Shown here piece after piece: positions 61,485-64,000 of a stretch of 64,000 bases of DNA. Position numbers and translations under genes: made by a program. The stretch's first letter is position 1. Every line of letters begins with the position of its first letter. The DNA is from Candidatus Omnitrophota bacterium (GTDB lineage Bacteria; Omnitrophota; Gorgyraeia; Gygaellales; Profunditerraquicolaceae): NCBI GenBank assembly GCA_011620275.1, contig WOZK01000012.1:31665-95664 (forward strand), given 5' to 3'. A model generated the notes under the pieces. The model was not told the DNA's origin. It made no database searches and was given only the letters and a program-made list of their open reading frames with translations.

Positions 61485-61521
61485 AGCGAGAGAGGGGAAT
61501 CGAACCCCCGTATATAGCTTG
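61485..61521 (-). pseudogene. partial tRNA-Gly copy (3' half only)
   Basis: 39 nt (61483-61521) identical to 61695-61733 of the intact tRNA-Gly (acceptor 3' strand, T-arm, 3' anticodon stem), then divergent sequence. Confidence 0.7.
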
Positions 61522-61696
61522 TCCCGCCTTCTTTTTAACCTTTGACTAAAATGCCGCGGGATTTCGCTATATAAAAGCTTTCTGTGCTCAAGAAAGCTAT
61601 TGTTCTCTTTCAAATCTATCTCTGAACATCAAGAAACTTGTCTCGTGGCCTTATTCTCTAATTGCCTGCGAGATTTCGTTCCCTGTTCAATCTCAG

Positions 61697-61767
61697 AGCG
61701 AGAGAGGGGAATCGAACCCCCGTATATAGCTTGGAAGGCTATTGTTCTACCATTGAACTACTCTCGC
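61697..61767 (-). tRNA. tRNA-Gly (anticodon TCC)
   Basis: GCGAGAGTAGTTCAATGGTAGAAC..anticodon loop CUUCCAA..GGGGGTTCGATTCCCCT..CTCTCGC. Confidence 0.85.
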
Positions 61768-61856
61768 AAATAATGCGTCTTTAAGGTGCTTGTCCCGCCT
61801 CCTATACAACTACTCTTTGAGACGGGATTTCGTTCAGCCTTCGGCCGAACTCAAGA

Positions 61857-61888
61857 AGGTTATTGTTCTACCATTGAACTACTCTCGC
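61857..61888 (-). pseudogene. partial tRNA-Gly copy (5' half only)
   Basis: 31 of 32 nt identical to the 5' half (acceptor and D-arm) of the intact tRNA-Gly; diverges at the anticodon loop into a GTTCGGCC-GAAG-GCTGAAC hairpin. Confidence 0.65.
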
Positions 61889-61973
61889 GAATCGCATCAA
61901 TCTGCAAAACTATCCTGCTCATTATATCTAATTTCGCAGGATTTCATTCTATACTTTTCTTGTTGAATTTAAA

Positions 61974-62056
61974 TGGGCAGAGTAGGATTCGAACCTACGT
62001 AGCACGAGTGCAACAGATTTACAGTCTGTCCCCTTTAGCCACTTGGGTATCTGCCC
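61974..62056 (-). tRNA. tRNA-Tyr (anticodon GTA)
   Basis: GGGCAGATACCCAAGTGGCTAAAGGGG, anticodon loop ACUGUAAAUC region, long variable arm, T-arm GGTTCGAATCC. Confidence 0.85.
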
Positions 62057-62240
62057 GCGTTATGCGCTGCTAAATTAATATAACAGCGCACAGAGCAATC
62101 GAGAAGCGAAATTTGAAAGTTGAGCGGCATCGAGATTGCGGTCTGATCTCTAATTCCGATTTTCAAATATAAGAAAGATGAATTTTATCTAATCCCTCGT
62201 GCTTCATCCTTCGTTATACCGCGGTATAGTCAAATAACAA

Positions 62241-62315
62241 TCGGGGCGACAGGACTTGAACCTGTGACCTCTTGAACCCCATTCAAGCGCTCTAGCCAAG
62301 CTGAGCCACGCCCCG
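62241..62315 (-). tRNA. tRNA-Pro (anticodon GGG)
   Basis: C1:G72 acceptor pair typical of tRNA-Pro; anticodon loop AUGGGGU; T-arm GGTTCAAGTCC. Confidence 0.8.
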
Positions 62316-62560
62316 TAATCTTTTATCCAGGAAGCCTCGCCAATGCTTTTATGACGGACCCCGTAAATCTATTATCCCGGCCTGGGAAAGCACTTCCCCT
62401 GCCGCTTTTTCGCTGAAAAAATCTGTTGGTTTATTCGTAGAGTAATGAAGCTCACTGGGCTAAAACCAGGAGTTTTCTACCACTTTAGCGAAATTTCTCC
62501 GAAGCAGCCCCCCCCTCTTTGCGCAGCGATACCTTCCAGTTTATCCTACGCATTCATCTT

Positions 62561-62607
62561 CGCACAAGCGAATACTTGGCCTTCCTATTGGCCAAGGTAT
62601 AACCAAG
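62561..62607. repeat. isolated copy of the 42-bp hairpin repeat family seen at 34727-34860
   Basis: CGCACAAGCGAATACTTGGCCTTCCTATTGGCCAAGGTATAACC: the tail of one unit plus the head of the next. Confidence 0.7.
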
Positions 62608-62780
62608 CTTGAAAACTTAGGGGTTTTTGCGTAGGAGAATAAATATACCAGAACTTTCCAAGGGTGTAAAGAAAGATTTTGCGGATATGTGCGGATAGAC
62701 AGTTAGAAACGAGGAATTATCATATAATTAAGTATTGTGTCCCCGGAATGCGAAATGCAGAACCCGTTTTAAAAGAAAAA

Positions 62781-62853
62781 AGCCGGCGAGAGGAATCGAA
62801 CCCCCGACCCGCTGTTTACAAAACAGCTGCTCTACCAACTGAGCTACGCCGGC
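62781..62853 (-). tRNA. tRNA-Thr (anticodon TGT)
   Basis: GCCGGCGTAGCTCAGTTGGTAGAGC, anticodon loop UUUGUAA; T-stem contains two G-U pairs. Confidence 0.72.
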
Positions 62854-62938
62854 GTGAAAGTTTGATGGACGGATGAAGTGAAAGGAACGGAGCGTTTGTT
62901 CCGCTTCCGGCGGAATGGCAATAACGATAACCGTTTTG

Positions 62939-63802
62939 TCAAAGCTTTGATATGCTCTTGATCGCTTGTGGGATTTTATCAATAATATCCCCGGCAATCA
63001 AGCTAATTTTTGTCTTCTCCGCCGCCGCCATGTCCCCTGCCAGGCCGTGCAGATAGACAGCGAATTTGGCTGCCGTGAAACAATCCAGCCCCTGTCCGAT
63101 GAAGGCGGCCAGCATACCTGCCAGCACGTCGCCGGAGCCGGCGGTGGCCATGCCTGGATTACCGGTATTATTGATATAACAGCGGCCGTCCGGCCCCGCG
63201 ACCACGGTACGATGCCCCTTGAGCACTACGGTGATACAGTATTTGCGCGCGAAATCAATCGCCGTCTGTTTCCTGCTCCCCTGAATCTTCCCCACGCTCA
63301 ACCCGGTCAACCTGGACATCTCTCCGGGATGCGGAGTAATCACCAGCCCCCAGCGCCCGGCAGGAGGCAACAACTCCGGTCTGCCCGCGAATGCGTTCAA
63401 GCCGTCGGCGTCGAGTACCTTGGGAAGACCGATCTTCCGGACAAGATTCACGACCAATGCGCGTGTCCCCGCAGCCTGTCCCAAACCCGGACCGACAAGC
63501 AGGACATTACAGCTATCGGCGAACTTTCTTATGGAAGAAAAACCGGAGGAAAGAAAAACTCCTTTGCCAGCGTCCGGCAAAGGCAGAGTCATCAATTCAG
63601 GGGTTTTTTTTCGGATAAGGGCGTTGTTAATGGATGCCGGGACGGCAAGAGTAACCAGTCCGGAGCCGCTGCGTAAGGCAGCGTAACCGGAAAGAAGAGC
63701 CGCCCCGGAGAATCCGGCAGAGCCGGCCACGATCAGTAGATGGCCATAATCGCCTTTATGGGAATCAGCTTTCCTTTTCGACAAACGCGTTGGCAACCGC
63801 AT
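62939..63802 (-). CDS. nnr: ADP-dependent NAD(P)H-hydrate dehydratase (YjeF C-terminal domain)
   Basis: 287 aa; KGDYGHLLIVAGS..GPGLG..NPGMATAGSGDVLAG ribokinase-like motifs; overlaps the acpS 3' end, so the start is uncertain. Confidence 0.85.
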   Translation of the reverse strand: MRLPTRLSKRKADSHKGDYGHLLIVAGSAGFSGAALLSGYAALRSGSGLVTLAVPASINNALIRKKTPELMTLPLPDAGKGVFLSSGFSSIRKFADSCNVLLVGPGLGQAAGTRALVVNLVRKIGLPKVLDADGLNAFAGRPELLPPAGRWGLVITPHPGEMSRLTGLSVGKIQGSRKQTAIDFARKYCITVVLKGHRTVVAGPDGRCYINNTGNPGMATAGSGDVLAGMLAAFIGQGLDCFTAAKFAVYLHGLAGDMAAAEKTKISLIAGDIIDKIPQAIKSISKL

Positions 63803-64000
63803 AGCTTTTCACGTGGGAAATGGAAACATGGACTTTTTTACCGCAGGCCTTGCCGTTTAAAATACGACACCAGGGACGGCCTTCTTCGTCGTTTACTATC
63901 TGCACGTCTTTCCAGGTCAAGGAATTGTCGTTGAACGCCTTGAATACAGCCTCCTTGGCGGCGAACCTGCCGGCCAGGTGCTGGTAAAAACTGGCGTGCT
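63765..64000 (-). CDS. acpS: holo-[acyl-carrier-protein] synthase (partial, 5' end beyond the window)
   Basis: Hand translation ...RFAAKEAVFKAFNDNSLTWKDVQIVNDEEGRPWCRILNGKACGKKVHVSISHVKSYAVANAFVEKES* with stop at 63765-63767; acpS-nnr adjacency is common. Confidence 0.7.
   Translation of the reverse strand, partial: HASFYQHLAGRFAAKEAVFKAFNDNSLTWKDVQIVNDEEGRPWCRILNGKACGKKVHVSISHVKSYAVANAFVEKES

Noticed and set aside
62854-62938. Promoter for the tRNA-Thr(TGT)/tRNA array (TTGACA at about 62918-62923 on the minus strand)
   Set aside because: A perfect -35 hexamer is present but no acceptable -10 is found at 16-19 nt spacing, and the hexamer overlaps the nnr stop region. It is too weak to call.
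62679-62997. ORFs overlapping tRNA-Thr(TGT) (62679-62876 plus strand, 62728-62997 minus strand); similarly 61786-62073 overlapping tRNA-Tyr
   Set aside because: They overlap well-formed tRNA genes and include translations characteristic of tRNA sequence (for example VAQLVEQ); there is no coding support.

Overview
GC-rich bacterial chromosomal window of 64 kb in which every supportable CDS and tRNA is on the minus strand. It reads as an almost continuous run of core operons.

Gene content, listed from low to high coordinates (the reverse of minus-strand transcription order):
- 11-16790: the fused S10/str/rpoBC/L10-L11/nusG-secE ribosomal cluster (rplW-rplD-rplC-rpsJ-tuf-fusA-rpsG-rpsL-rpoC-rpoB-rplL-rplJ-rplA-rplK-nusG-secE-tRNA-Trp-rpmG), followed by tRNA-Thr with a near-consensus sigma70 promoter.
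- 17271-19967: ksgA-pdxA-surA, the same order as E. coli surA-pdxA-ksgA.
- 19954-24868: a shortened Mfd, secDF, yajC and rpsP.
- 24898-34223: trpE-like, hisI, hisF, a lipoprotein, hisA, hisH, hisB, hisD and alaS.
- 34213-36022: recX and recA.
- 36220-41700: an accessory island made of a secreted BNR propeller protein, a membrane CHAT-TPR protein, a zinc-finger anti-sigma factor, an ECF sigma factor and a pseudopilin.
- 41799-51205: H+-pyrophosphatase, two small hypothetical ORFs, coaX, uvrB, nadC and valS.
- 51486-58640: a threonine/isoleucine block of cimA-like, lysC, an iPGM-family protein, coaB, thrC and hom.
- 58667-61440: PilZ, gpsA, PilZ and a divergent thyA-like gene.
- 61481-62853: a tRNA array of Gly(TCC) with partial copies, Tyr(GTA), Pro(GGG) and Thr(TGT).
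- 62939-64000: nnr (YjeF-C) and a partial acpS.

Non-coding observations of note:
- A ~200-230 bp conserved element lies immediately upstream of both hisH and valS.
- Tandem 42-bp hairpin repeats sit between recA and recX, with a related copy near the tRNA array.
- An 18-nt motif (GATTTCYGCGGTTTGAT) recurs in three intergenic gaps.
- The intact tRNA-Gly is flanked by 3'-half and 5'-half copies of itself.

No CRISPR array, rRNA or clear transposase was seen. Most plus-strand ORFs in the track are antisense artefacts of the high GC content.
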